Of a stretch of DNA of 20,000 bases, positions 7,247 through 15,736 are shown in pieces. A model generated the notes under the pieces. That model worked only from the letters and a program-made list of their open reading frames with translations, searched no databases and was not told the origin of the DNA. Origin of the DNA: an uncultured virus (IMG/VR IMGVR_UViG_3300013923_000004) (taxonomy: Duplodnaviria > Heunggongvirae > Uroviricota > Caudoviricetes); the IMG/VR virus record IMGVR_UViG_3300013923_000004, positions 58,316 to 78,315 of that record, one strand, 5' to 3'. The position numbers were made by a program, and so were the translations under genes. Each line of letters starts with the position of its first letter. Position 1 is the first letter of the stretch.

Positions 7247-8322
7247 GCGAGAACCAGAAGACGCTACTGCAACAGGCACTCGACATGTTGGAGGAACAGG
7301 CGTTGCACATTGAGGCGCCGATGCTCCCCGCAGGAGAAGAGCTGCTGAAGCGTATCCGCGCTGCGATATCACTGCAAGCCGAGCAAGCCCCGGTGCAGGA
7401 TGAGCGGGAGGCGGTGGAGCGGTTCAGCCCGACGACCAGCGTGCCGCATTGCGGGCGCGCCTCTGAGGTTGAGGCGTATATGACCGAGGATGACGACGGG
7501 GAGTATATGACCGTCTCCCAGCACGAGCGCATCGTCGCAGCACTCACCCGCCCCGCGCAGACCGAGCAGCAGCCGGTGGCTGTGCCGGAGGGCTGGAAGC
7601 TGGTTCCTGTTCAACCTACAGCAGAAATGCTGGCGGCCGTCACAACCTCAACCTTTGAGCCTCTGCGCCAGGAAGCCATGAAGATGGCGCGGGAGGATTA
7701 TCAGGCCATGCTCTACGCCGCCCCCATCGCGCAGACCGAGCAGCAGCCTGCTTACGTTGAGTGCCGCGAGTGCACCGACTGCGGTCATGTCGGCATCAAC
7801 GACGCTCACCCGACAGACGCGACGTGCGCGATGTGTGACTGGAGCGGGCCAAGCCCGGTCGAGGATCAGTGCCCTGACTGCGGCAAAGAGAACGCGATGG
7901 GAGCAGCCTGCCCTAAATGCAGCGGCCGCTATCGGATTCTGGCCGAGACACACGTTGCCGCCCCCATCGCGCAGACCGGGCAGCAGCCGGTTCTCAGCAA
8001 CTGCCTTGATCTTGTCGAGAAGATGACCGTTAGCGTTGACGTATCAACCGGCGATGATGACGCATTCAACCGACTCTTCTGCAAAGTTGCAGGGGTTCAG
8101 GAAGAGAGTGACGGGTCATGGACAATCCTTGCTGTCGATCCCGAGCCGAACTTCGCCGCCCCCATCGCGCAGACCGAGCAGCAGCCGAAGCATAGCGGGC
8201 TAGTAACTGAGGCCATGCGCAACGCGGCAATCGCCGAATACAGCCGCCATGACGGAGACTTTTCGGACTTCGCCGACAGCGTGATTCGCGCCGCCCTGTC
8301 CGCCGGAGGCCGTGATGAGTAA
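7243..8322 (+). CDS. Mosaic modular phage protein (Eaa/DUF551-like architecture) with a Cys-rich zinc module
   Basis: GGAGG RBS; VPEGWKLVPVQPTAEM motif; four (AAPI)AQT(E/G)QQP linkers; four CxxC pairs in one module. Confidence 0.75.
   Translation: MSENQKTLLQQALDMLEEQALHIEAPMLPAGEELLKRIRAAISLQAEQAPVQDEREAVERFSPTTSVPHCGRASEVEAYMTEDDDGEYMTVSQHERIVAALTRPAQTEQQPVAVPEGWKLVPVQPTAEMLAAVTTSTFEPLRQEAMKMAREDYQAMLYAAPIAQTEQQPAYVECRECTDCGHVGINDAHPTDATCAMCDWSGPSPVEDQCPDCGKENAMGAACPKCSGRYRILAETHVAAPIAQTGQQPVLSNCLDLVEKMTVSVDVSTGDDDAFNRLFCKVAGVQEESDGSWTILAVDPEPNFAAPIAQTEQQPKHSGLVTEAMRNAAIAEYSRHDGDFSDFADSVIRAALSAGGRDE
7554..8186 (+). repeat. Four in-frame linker repeats GCCGCCCCCATCGCGCAGACCGRGCAGCAGCC
   Basis: 7554-7574 (partial), 7717-7748, 7957-7988, 8155-8186. 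Confidence 0.92.
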
Positions 8323-8677
8323 GCCCTGCATGATGCCGCAAGGGCATCCGACGCACTGCGGCTGCGAACAACCGGACGCCTTTGAGGTCGCCAGGCACTC
8401 CAAGCGCCTCGTCGAGCAGCTGCGCGCTGAGAACACCAGACTGAAAGCAGAGTGCGAGCAACTCAGCGAAACCGTGATGGGCCAGGAGCGCGTCATTGGG
8501 GCCCTCGAACCAGACGCCCGCCGCTACCAGACCCTCCGCCAGATGCACTGGAACGACGGACCGCTGGCCGTGGTGGTCAACCCCAAGGCCAACGTCAAGC
8601 TGGGCGCCGACTGCCCGAGCGGTGAACGCCTGGACCAGATGCTGGATGAAATCGACGAGCAGAGGTACCCACGATGA
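8315..8677 (+). CDS. Ead/Ea22-like phage protein
   Basis: Coiled coil followed by DARRYQTLR...LDQMLD; GGAGG RBS. Family assignment is tentative. Confidence 0.6.
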   Translation: MSKPCMMPQGHPTHCGCEQPDAFEVARHSKRLVEQLRAENTRLKAECEQLSETVMGQERVIGALEPDARRYQTLRQMHWNDGPLAVVVNPKANVKLGADCPSGERLDQMLDEIDEQRYPR

Positions 8678-9063
8678 GCACCCGCGAAGAAATCAACACC
8701 CAAGCCGGCCCCTGCCACGACCTCTCCCGGGAGATCCTCGGCACCGACTGGTACGACACCGAGTCGGCCGCGCGCCGGGTCATCGAGTGGATCGTCACCC
8801 AGCCCATCGCCCTTTGGCAGTACCAGGCCGCCGACGGCACATGGTGGGACATCCGGGCGGAGTGGGTCGAGCTGGCCAAGCGCGACGGCTTCGCAGTGCG
8901 CCCGCTGTATGCGGCGCCGAGGCCCGCAGAGGAGGCCAGTGGCCTGTTTCTTGGCGACAAGGTGCTGAACTGGAATCGCCTGCAGATGACCCCGCCGATC
9001 GCCATCGGCCAGGAGTACTGGGTGGCCGAGTCGGTGATAAAACTGGCGAGAGGGGAAAGCTGA
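8674..9063 (+). CDS. Phage hypothetical protein
   Basis: ATGA overlap; QPIALWQY...VRPLYAAP motif common in phage mosaic genes. Confidence 0.75.
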   Translation: MSTREEINTQAGPCHDLSREILGTDWYDTESAARRVIEWIVTQPIALWQYQAADGTWWDIRAEWVELAKRDGFAVRPLYAAPRPAEEASGLFLGDKVLNWNRLQMTPPIAIGQEYWVAESVIKLARGES

Positions 9064-9290
9064 TGAGCCTCATGGAGAACGTTTCCGACGTATACGAGCA
9101 GGAAGACGCCCAACGAGTAGAGGCCATTGCATCAACGCTGATGCAACAGTTCTACGACCGCGTGCTGACCCAGGAAGCAGGAGAGAGAACCACACTTCGA
9201 GCACTAGCCCGCAGGGGTGAGCCACGAGCAGCTCGCTGCGTCCAGGCCGCTGCGGTGATCGTCAATTTCATGCGAGAGGAGCTGACGTGA
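9063..9290 (+). CDS. Hypothetical protein (75 aa, MSLMENVSD...)
   Basis: TGATG coupling; forms the 3' part of ORF 8496..9290. Confidence 0.65.
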   Translation: MSLMENVSDVYEQEDAQRVEAIASTLMQQFYDRVLTQEAGERTTLRALARRGEPRAARCVQAAAVIVNFMREELT

Positions 9291-9520
9291 TGGCTGACGA
9301 CTACATCTACGACGTGCACCACGTCGCCCGCGACTACGACCGCAGCCTGATTTGCCGCTGCCCACACTGCCAAGAGATCACCGGCTTAGATGGCGACGAC
9401 GTGGAGGACGTCCAGGGCGAGCAGTACAAGTGCCGCTGCGGAGGCTGGTTCCAGATCGACAGCTGCGCCCGCCGCGTGAAGGGCGAGTTGCCGGCAAACA
9501 AGGGGATTCCCGATGAGTGA
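9287..9520 (+). CDS. Small zinc-ribbon protein
   Basis: CRCPHC...CRCGG; GAGGAG RBS. Confidence 0.7.
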   Translation: MMADDYIYDVHHVARDYDRSLICRCPHCQEITGLDGDDVEDVQGEQYKCRCGGWFQIDSCARRVKGELPANKGIPDE

Positions 9521-9698
9521 GCCACGCCGATTCCTCGTCGGCCAGATCGTCCGCTGCCCAGCCGACCGCGGCGACGCCGGCTACCAAGGCACCGTCGTCA
9601 GCGTAGGTGAGCCCCTGCAAGGCAAGGACTACCGGTGGATCGAGGTGCGCCACCCCAAAGGTACCAAACACGTCTGGCCGTCGAATCGGCTGGGCTGA
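9513..9698 (+). CDS. Small SH3/KOW-like beta protein
   Basis: FLVGQIVRCP...GTVVSVG...WIEVR pattern; overlaps the previous gene. Confidence 0.65.
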   Translation: MSEPRRFLVGQIVRCPADRGDAGYQGTVVSVGEPLQGKDYRWIEVRHPKGTKHVWPSNRLG

Positions 9699-9706
9699 CT
9701 TCCAAC

Positions 9707-9718
9707 CTGTATTTACAT
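9707..9718. promoter_or_regulatory. Operator-like motif CTGTATTTACAT
   Basis: Intergenic AT-rich gap before TAAGGA RBS. Confidence 0.6.
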
Positions 9719-9745
9719 AAGTACATAAAAACATAAGGAATTCAC

Positions 9746-10228
9746 ATGGACACCCGACAACTCATCGTCACCAACCCCGACGGCATGGTCGCCAAAGGCC
9801 CTGCCGATCGCCTCGAGCAGATGCTGCTCAACCTCTGCGGCGGAGGCTGGAACGCCAACGAAACCGCCGAGGCCATGCGCCTCGGTCAGATCGTCCGCAG
9901 CGGCGGCACCGCCGAGAAGAAGGGCTGGAAACTGCGCCTGGAGACCCGCTACACGCTGGTCGTGGCCCCTGGCAGCAGCCAGTGCCGCCTCTACCTGATG
10001 CCCTACCCCATGCGCCCCGGCCAGCACCCGATGCACCTGGAGCAGCGCTTCCAGGACGAGTGGGAGCACGTCGGCATGCTGAACAGCCAGCTGAAAGTGA
10101 CCTACCTGGACGAGCGCCTGCACCACCTGCACAGCGAGCTGGAAGGCTCTATGGGAGGCACCTACTTCGAGCTGGACGAGCAGTTTCAGTTCGTCGACGG
10201 GCCGGCGCTGGCTGAGGGAGCGGCGTGA
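9746..10228 (+). CDS. Hypothetical protein (160 aa)
   Basis: TAAGGA RBS; GC3-rich. Confidence 0.8.
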   Translation: MDTRQLIVTNPDGMVAKGPADRLEQMLLNLCGGGWNANETAEAMRLGQIVRSGGTAEKKGWKLRLETRYTLVVAPGSSQCRLYLMPYPMRPGQHPMHLEQRFQDEWEHVGMLNSQLKVTYLDERLHHLHSELEGSMGGTYFELDEQFQFVDGPALAEGAA

Positions 10229-10443
10229 TGACCACCCTCTACGTTGACGGCGTGCCCCATACCGTGGTGCGCGAGATCCCTCGCACGATGGCCGACCACA
10301 GCTTCCAGCGCATCGTATTGGCCAAAGACGGCGTGCCCTGCAGGCAGGTCAGCGTGCCGGCTCAGTGGTACGAGCGCCGCAAGCCAGGAACCATCGTCAC
10401 CGGCGGCTGCACCTACTCCTTCCGCGCCGGAGGTGGCCAATGA
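10225..10443 (+). CDS. Hypothetical protein (72 aa)
   Basis: GGAG RBS; GTGATG coupling. Confidence 0.7.
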   Translation: MMTTLYVDGVPHTVVREIPRTMADHSFQRIVLAKDGVPCRQVSVPAQWYERRKPGTIVTGGCTYSFRAGGGQ

Positions 10444-10583
10444 CCTGGAAACCCCAACCGATGGGCGCCCGCGGCCTCGACCAGCGCCTCACCAACCGTT
10501 GCGACATCTGCGGCCGGCGCCGCGGCGGTGGCAACAAGATCGATCACAGCAAATGTGCCCGCCTGCGGCAGAAGAGAGGTTGA
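10440..10583 (+). CDS. Small basic Cys/His protein (47 aa)
   Basis: GGAGG RBS, ATGA overlap; CDICG...HSKC. Confidence 0.7.
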   Translation: MTWKPQPMGARGLDQRLTNRCDICGRRRGGGNKIDHSKCARLRQKRG

Positions 10584-10585
10584 CC

Positions 10586-10876
10586 ATGAAAATCCACACA
10601 TTCAACACCGGCCGCGAATACACCAAGCACGGCCAGCGCGTCGCCTGGGCGCTCCTGCTGCGTGAAGTCGGTGGAGGCAATATCGTCGCCTTCGTTGACG
10701 CTGATCGAGGCGTCAGCAACGTGGTGCGCGTCGACGGGCACATGCTGCCTGACAACCTCGACGTGCTGAACCAGTACGACAAGTGCGCCTACCTGCGCAA
10801 CTACCTGATCCCGGGTGACGTCGAGGATGCGCTGCGTGAGGCGGCGCTGACTGCTGACAGTTTGTGGAAGGACTGA
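10586..10876 (+). CDS. Hypothetical protein (MKIHTFNTGREYTKHGQRV...)
   Basis: GAGG RBS before ATG 10586; 3' part of ORF 10244..10876. Confidence 0.75.
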   Translation: MKIHTFNTGREYTKHGQRVAWALLLREVGGGNIVAFVDADRGVSNVVRVDGHMLPDNLDVLNQYDKCAYLRNYLIPGDVEDALREAALTADSLWKD

Positions 10877-10879
10877 CCC

Positions 10880-11506
10880 ATGCCAGCACTCAAGCAATAC
10901 CTCATCTACACCTTCGACGAGCTCTCCGAAGCCGCGAAGGAGAAAGCCCGCGAGTGGTACCGCAACGGCCAGCTCGACTACGACTGGTGGGACAGCGTCT
11001 ACGAGCAGGCTGACACCGCCGCCAAGCACCTGGGCATCGACATTGACCGCAAAGGTAAGCACACGCCGGCGATCTACTTCAGCGGATTCTGGAGCCAGGG
11101 CGACGGCGCCTGCTTCGAAGGCTCGTACCGCTACAAGAAGGGCTGGCGGTCGGCCCTGCTCCACGAGTTCGGACCCGGCGACACGCTGAACGAGCTGCTG
11201 AGCATCGGCCAGGCCCTACAAGAGATTCAGAGCAAGCAGTTCTACAAGCTGGAGGCCACCTGCCGGCACCGCGGCCACTACCAGCACAGCGGTTGTATGA
11301 GCGTCGAGGTGGAGCACGCCGAGGATCGCTACCGAGACATCGGCGACGCCGAGGGCGAGATTCGAGACCAGCTCCGACTATTCGCCGACTGGATCTACGG
11401 CCGCCTCGGGCAGGAGCACGACTGGCTCACGAGCGACGAGCAGGTCGATGAGTCGATCCGCGCCAATGAGTACACGTTCAACGAAGATGGAGGGTGGGAA
11501 GGATGA
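10880..11506 (+). CDS. Conserved acidic mobile-element protein (family often auto-annotated as antitoxin of toxin-antitoxin stability system)
   Basis: YTFDELSEAAKEKAREWY...IYFSGFWSQGDGACFEG...ANEYTFNEDG. Family recognised by motif; I know of no established function. Confidence 0.7.
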   Translation: MPALKQYLIYTFDELSEAAKEKAREWYRNGQLDYDWWDSVYEQADTAAKHLGIDIDRKGKHTPAIYFSGFWSQGDGACFEGSYRYKKGWRSALLHEFGPGDTLNELLSIGQALQEIQSKQFYKLEATCRHRGHYQHSGCMSVEVEHAEDRYRDIGDAEGEIRDQLRLFADWIYGRLGQEHDWLTSDEQVDESIRANEYTFNEDGGWEG

Positions 11507-11841
11507 GTACACATCAAGAAGGTGATCGGTCAGCCACCAGAATGTTCACCCTGTGCTACCTCGACACATGCCTGCCCGACTACTTCCAGGGCTTCGGCGG
11601 AGAGGTGCTGGCGATCTCCCTGAGTAAGCACCCACGCTGCGGAGAGGTTCTGAAAGACCTGCTGCACGAGATAGGCGCCGGCGAGTTCTTCATCGACGGC
11701 GGGTACGCCCCTGACGATATCTACGAGCAGCTCCGAGAGTCAGCCCAGGAGATGTTCGCAACGCTGGATCACCGCAAACGCTGGTCGGCCAGGTACGACC
11801 TGAGTGAGTCGTATGCCTACTTCGGAATCATGGAGGTGTAA
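11503..11841 (+). CDS. Hypothetical protein
   Basis: ATGA overlap; YLDTCLPDYFQG motif. Confidence 0.7.
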   Translation: MSTHQEGDRSATRMFTLCYLDTCLPDYFQGFGGEVLAISLSKHPRCGEVLKDLLHEIGAGEFFIDGGYAPDDIYEQLRESAQEMFATLDHRKRWSARYDLSESYAYFGIMEV

Positions 11842-11844
11842 CCG

Positions 11845-12144
11845 ATGAAGACTGAACCCATGCGCTTCACCAACTACTACCGCCACTGCGACGCCGATTG
11901 GCAGGACACCTGGTCCTGCCAGTGCAACGACGAGTGCCCGGTCTGCGGCGCCGAGATCGAGCCATACCACTCGGACGACATCCCGCGAGACTTCACGGTG
12001 GTCTTCTACGCCGCCGGCGACGAGGAGATGGACGAGATGCACGAGTTCTACTGCCAGGCGGTCAGCGAGGAAGACGCCGAGGAGCAGTGCCTGGCCGCGA
12101 ACCCAGGCTGTACGACCACCCATATTGAGGAGTGTGAAGAGTGA
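11845..12144 (+). CDS. Very acidic Cys-rich small protein
   Basis: GGAGG RBS; about 26 D/E vs 4 K/R by hand count; WSCQCNDECPVCG. Confidence 0.8.
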   Translation: MKTEPMRFTNYYRHCDADWQDTWSCQCNDECPVCGAEIEPYHSDDIPRDFTVVFYAAGDEEMDEMHEFYCQAVSEEDAEEQCLAANPGCTTTHIEECEE

Positions 12145-12491
12145 AGACCCCATCCGAACTGATCTACGCCTATGAACAAGGCGAGCGAGTGCCGGACGAC
12201 GCTTTCATCCGTGCCGCCAAGACGCTGGACCAGATCCAGTCCTTACTGTCCGGCCAGGAGTGGGACAGCGACACCTGCAACGCGATCGCCGGCGTTATGG
12301 CGGCGGAGGGCTACGAGATCAAAGACGTGCCGACAGTGCCGGCCGGCGCCACCCATACCGACCCTGAAGGCAACTACTGGTCGATTCCACGCCCGGAGGA
12401 TGCAGACGGCACAGGTGAAATTTGGACCGATGGTGGCTGGCGGACCTCTGAGATCAGTGGCCGATTCGTTGATTCGCTGAGGGCGCTCTAA
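12141..12491 (+). CDS. Hypothetical protein (116 aa)
   Basis: GAGGAG upstream; GTGA overlap; PAGATH...YW motif. Confidence 0.75.
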   Translation: MKTPSELIYAYEQGERVPDDAFIRAAKTLDQIQSLLSGQEWDSDTCNAIAGVMAAEGYEIKDVPTVPAGATHTDPEGNYWSIPRPEDADGTGEIWTDGGWRTSEISGRFVDSLRAL

Positions 12492-12763
12492 TGGCCGTAC
12501 AAATCCCCACCAAAGCCCCAATCCACCGCCTCGGCATCGACGTCGAGACCCACTCCGCAAGCACCCTGGTGCGCCGGCTCGCCCCACTGAAGACGACCAT
12601 GTCAGTCATCAACGCCGGCGCCTACCGAGAAGATCCAGGCTACACCCAGGTCTGGGTCGACACCCGCATGACCGAGGACGAGATGGAAGACTGGCTCTAC
12701 CGCGCCAAGGGCATCGACTACGTCGGCGTCTGGCAACGCCGCGAGGATCAAATCGCGGCCTGA
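12491..12763 (+). CDS. Hypothetical protein (90 aa)
   Basis: TAATG coupling. Confidence 0.75.
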   Translation: MAVQIPTKAPIHRLGIDVETHSASTLVRRLAPLKTTMSVINAGAYREDPGYTQVWVDTRMTEDEMEDWLYRAKGIDYVGVWQRREDQIAA

Positions 12764-12765
12764 TC

Positions 12766-12779
12766 CCTGTAATTACAGG
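12766..12779. promoter_or_regulatory. Operator-like perfect palindrome CCTGTAATTACAGG
   Basis: Intergenic; overlaps the AGGAG RBS. Confidence 0.7.
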
Positions 12780-12790
12780 AGTAAGTGTTT

Positions 12791-12934
12791 ATGGCCTGGC
12801 AGATCTTGTATCGCCGGAACGGGCACTGGCTGCCCGGGAAAACTCACCAGCAAAAGAAGGACGCCACCGAGCAAGCCATTCGTGAATGGCAGCGGCAGGC
12901 GTTTGAAGGATATCAACTGAAGGAAGAGAAGTAA
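12791..12934 (+). CDS. Small protein (47 aa, MAWQILYRRNGHWLPGK...), absent from the ORF track
   Basis: AGGAG RBS, open frame that fills the gap, TAATG coupling to the DUF3768 gene. Confidence 0.7.
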   Translation: MAWQILYRRNGHWLPGKTHQQKKDATEQAIREWQRQAFEGYQLKEEK

Positions 12935-13251
12935 TGGAAACCCCGACGATTGCCCAGCTCAACGACGCACTACGAAAGGACTGGATCGGCGGCAGCGTGG
13001 TGATGACCAGCGGAGTGGCCAACCACCCGGCCAAGGAAGAAATCATCGCCGCGGTGCGCGCCTTCGACGATTTCACCGAGGGTGATGACCCGTATGGCGA
13101 GCACGACTTCGGTGCCCTGGATGTCGCCGGCGAGCGGGTCTTCTGGAAGATCGACTACTACGACCCGCTGTACCAGTTCGGCTCCGAAGACCCCTGCGAC
13201 CCTGCCAAGACCGGCCGGCTGCTGACCATCATGCTGGCCGAGGAGTATTGA
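12934..13251 (+). CDS. DUF3768 family protein
   Basis: IAQLNDALR...FDDFTEGDDPYGEHDFG...FWKIDYYD...LLTIMLAEEY. Confidence 0.88.
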   Translation: METPTIAQLNDALRKDWIGGSVVMTSGVANHPAKEEIIAAVRAFDDFTEGDDPYGEHDFGALDVAGERVFWKIDYYDPLYQFGSEDPCDPAKTGRLLTIMLAEEY

Positions 13252-13466
13252 GCATGCTCAACCCACTTAGCACCTACGTGGAAGCCGGCCGCATGGCTGC
13301 GGAAGCCCGTAACGAAGGTGACGAAGCCCGCGCCAAATTCCACGCTGACTGGTTCCGCAGGGCCAGGGCCCTCGAGACCGACGAGAACCGTGTGAAGGCT
13401 AACGAGGCGTACCAGCACGGTTACAAGCTCGCTCGCAAAGCCCCCAAGTTCACGCCCTTTCGCTGA
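13248..13466 (+). CDS. Hypothetical protein (72 aa)
   Basis: GAGGAG RBS; TTG 13248 or ATG 13254 start. Confidence 0.7.
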   Translation: MSMLNPLSTYVEAGRMAAEARNEGDEARAKFHADWFRRARALETDENRVKANEAYQHGYKLARKAPKFTPFR

Positions 13467-13476
13467 GGAAATCTCC

Positions 13477-13707
13477 ATGCAGAGCATCAGAACCCTAGCC
13501 CGCCTGGCGTACAAGAATCGGTACGCGTTCGACCGGGTAACTGTGACCAAAACAGGCGAACTCAAAGGCATTTTTAATGGGCTCACCCCTAAAAATCTCG
13601 GCCACATCGACGACTGCCGAGCGGTACTCAACGAGCGGCGCACAGGCGTCCGCTTCTACAACCGGGACTTTCTCGTCTACACATTCGGGCCGGAGGTCGC
13701 AAAATGA
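13477..13707 (+). CDS. Basic hypothetical protein (76 aa)
   Basis: GAGGA RBS; ATGA coupling downstream. Confidence 0.7.
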   Translation: MQSIRTLARLAYKNRYAFDRVTVTKTGELKGIFNGLTPKNLGHIDDCRAVLNERRTGVRFYNRDFLVYTFGPEVAK

Positions 13708-13970
13708 CCAAAGCAATCATTCACCCAGAACACATCCTCGGCACCGGCCGCTTCATCTACATGGTCATCGGCCGCATCCCTGGCGATGACGACGACACCG
13801 CCATGTTGGTTGCAGCTGAAGACACCAGCGAGGCCGCGGATGGATTCTGCGCGGCGCTTCTCGAAGAGGAAGACCTCACCGATCAAGAGCTTTGCATGCT
13901 GAAGAGCCAGTACGGCGACACGGTGTACGTCACCGGCTGCCATCTCGTGGGGGAGTTCGAGGAATGCTAA
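13704..13970 (+). CDS. Acidic small protein
   Basis: GGAGG RBS; about 19 D/E vs 4 K/R by hand count. Confidence 0.75.
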   Translation: MTKAIIHPEHILGTGRFIYMVIGRIPGDDDDTAMLVAAEDTSEAADGFCAALLEEEDLTDQELCMLKSQYGDTVYVTGCHLVGEFEEC

Positions 13971-14587
13971 CCACCATCCCCTTCTCCGGCTTCTACCAGA
14001 GCTTCCACGACGCGGACCTTGACGACGCCCTGCAGCAGATGTTCACCAACTGGGAGACCGGCGTCTGTAACGACAAGCTGTTCGCCAGGGCGTACGACAT
14101 GGTCCAGTGGGGTCTCGTGCTCTCCAACTACGCCGCGGAATATGCCAAAGGCCTGGCCGATGAGTTCAAGATCGCCATAACCTTCGTCAATTTGGACTCT
14201 CCGCGCGAATACAACTTCGAGACCGATCGCATCTTCTGCGAGATCGGTCTGGACGAGGTGAAGCGCCTGCGCGCCGAGACCAGCGAGAAACCATTCCGCG
14301 ACCTTGCCCGCGCACGATTCACCAGTCGCTCCGGTTTCATCAGCTTCTACTCGCCGGACGTCGACGAATGGGGCGCCATCGAGACCTGGGACTTGAATCA
14401 GGTCGGCACGCTGCTGGAGGCCTACATCGAGGAGCAGCACGGCGACCGATTCGATCAGCAGGCCGAGCTCGACATCATGGAGTCGGCCAGGGCGAACGGA
14501 AGGCTGGACGAGTGGATCATCAAGGCCACGCCTGGCATCGGCCGACTGCTGACCATCTATGACTATCTGCAGGAGCGCGCGGCATGA
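13964..14587 (+). CDS. Conserved acidic phage protein (MLTTIPFSGFY...SPREYNFETDRIF)
   Basis: GGAG upstream of ATG 13964; overlaps both neighbours. Confidence 0.8.
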   Translation: MLTTIPFSGFYQSFHDADLDDALQQMFTNWETGVCNDKLFARAYDMVQWGLVLSNYAAEYAKGLADEFKIAITFVNLDSPREYNFETDRIFCEIGLDEVKRLRAETSEKPFRDLARARFTSRSGFISFYSPDVDEWGAIETWDLNQVGTLLEAYIEEQHGDRFDQQAELDIMESARANGRLDEWIIKATPGIGRLLTIYDYLQERAA

Positions 14588-14781
14588 CTTGGAAATGCCC
14601 TAAATGCAGCAGTGACAGCCTAACCGTCGTCGTCGAGGTTGAGGCCCGCCTGTTCCAAGACGACGACGGTAACTTTGAGACAGAACCAACCCATCACCAC
14701 GAGTGGGGCAGCACCTCGTTCATGAGGTGCCGTGAGTGCGACCACTGTGGAAATGCAGGACAGTTCGAGGTGACGCCATGA
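14584..14781 (+). CDS. Zinc-ribbon protein
   Basis: CPKC...CREC; ATGA overlap. Confidence 0.78.
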   Translation: MTWKCPKCSSDSLTVVVEVEARLFQDDDGNFETEPTHHHEWGSTSFMRCRECDHCGNAGQFEVTP

Positions 14782-15062
14782 ACCGCCCCGAACTCTGCGA
14801 CATCTCCTTCGTGGTCGACGACGCGCTGGCCGAGCACCCGGTCTCCGCAATCAAGGACCGCTACGACGTGACCTACGTCGGCTACCAGGCCGGCTTCGAG
14901 ATGCTCTTCGTGGCGGTGATCAGCTGCCTGCCAGGCTGCGTGGTCGAGCCTGACGAAGCCTGCGAGATCGCCACTGACCTGCTGCTCGAGAAGAAGTGGT
15001 TCGCTGACGATAGCCAGACGGAAGCGTCGATTGTTTTCCCGCCGGTCCGGTCGGCGGCTTAG
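14778..15062 (+). CDS. Acidic hypothetical protein (94 aa)
   Basis: GAGG RBS; ATGA overlap at 14778. Confidence 0.72.
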   Translation: MNRPELCDISFVVDDALAEHPVSAIKDRYDVTYVGYQAGFEMLFVAVISCLPGCVVEPDEACEIATDLLLEKKWFADDSQTEASIVFPPVRSAA

Positions 15063-15064
15063 AA

Positions 15065-15076
15065 CTGTAATTACAG
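15065..15076. promoter_or_regulatory. Operator-like palindrome CTGTAATTACAG
   Basis: The 18-mer CTGTAATTACAGGAGTAA is identical to the one at 12767. Confidence 0.7.
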
Positions 15077-15086
15077 GAGTAACACG

Positions 15087-15485
15087 ATGTCACTTCAAGC
15101 AGAAAAACTGGCCCTCGGCCTGATCCTGGGCAGCCTGCGCAAGATGGGCTGGGAGCACTACGAGCTGGACGACGGCGAAGGCTGGGAGTTCGTCGGCGAC
15201 AAGTCGACCGAGCAGGTCGTCGAAGAATGCTACGCCGTCGAACTGTGCACCCTGCGCATGCTCAAGGATGGCGACAAGACTGCCGCCATACTGATCGTGG
15301 GGGGAAACAGCCCGAGCGAATTGATCGCCGACCACAGCTGCAGTCGTGGTTTTGACGATGACGTGGACGCCGCGCTGAAGACAATCTGGCCGGCGTGGCC
15401 TGATGTCGATCCGGCTCACGAGTCAGAAGGATACCTGCGGCTGCAGATTCACGGCCGACAGGTCGCGGCCGAGGCGGGGAACTGA
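15087..15485 (+). CDS. Acidic hypothetical protein (132 aa)
   Basis: AGGAG RBS; LDDGE...GNSPSELIADHS motif. Confidence 0.78.
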   Translation: MSLQAEKLALGLILGSLRKMGWEHYELDDGEGWEFVGDKSTEQVVEECYAVELCTLRMLKDGDKTAAILIVGGNSPSELIADHSCSRGFDDDVDAALKTIWPAWPDVDPAHESEGYLRLQIHGRQVAAEAGN

Positions 15486-15488
15486 CCC

Positions 15489-15707
15489 ATGCCAACCAAC
15501 ATCTCAACGCCACTGCCCCTCTACGAAACCATCGTCGGCAACATCGGCACCGTCTACCGCGGCCCGCTCGAGACCACCGCCAGGATGGAGTTCAACGAGT
15601 ACGTCAGGCTCAGCAAAGCCGGCTACGGCCGGGTTTCTGGCGAGCCGGTCACCCTGTTCAAGGACGGCGAGATCATCAAAGAACACGCCGGTGAACTCGT
15701 CGACTGA
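15489..15707 (+). CDS. Phage hypothetical protein (72 aa)
   Basis: YETIVGNIGTVY...GEPVTLFKDGEIIKEH. Confidence 0.75.
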   Translation: MPTNISTPLPLYETIVGNIGTVYRGPLETTARMEFNEYVRLSKAGYGRVSGEPVTLFKDGEIIKEHAGELVD

Positions 15708-15708
15708 C

Positions 15709-15720
15709 CTGTATTTACAG
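15709..15720. promoter_or_regulatory. Operator-like motif CTGTATTTACAG upstream of ardA
   Basis: Intergenic; precedes TAAGGAG RBS. Confidence 0.68.
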
Positions 15721-15736
15721 CATTAAGGAGATAATC

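Noticed and set aside
6240..15720. CTGT...ACAG motifs as LexA SOS boxes
   Set aside because: The gammaproteobacterial LexA box is CTGT-N8-ACAG. These are CTGT-N4-ACAG, and I found no 16-bp match at these sites.
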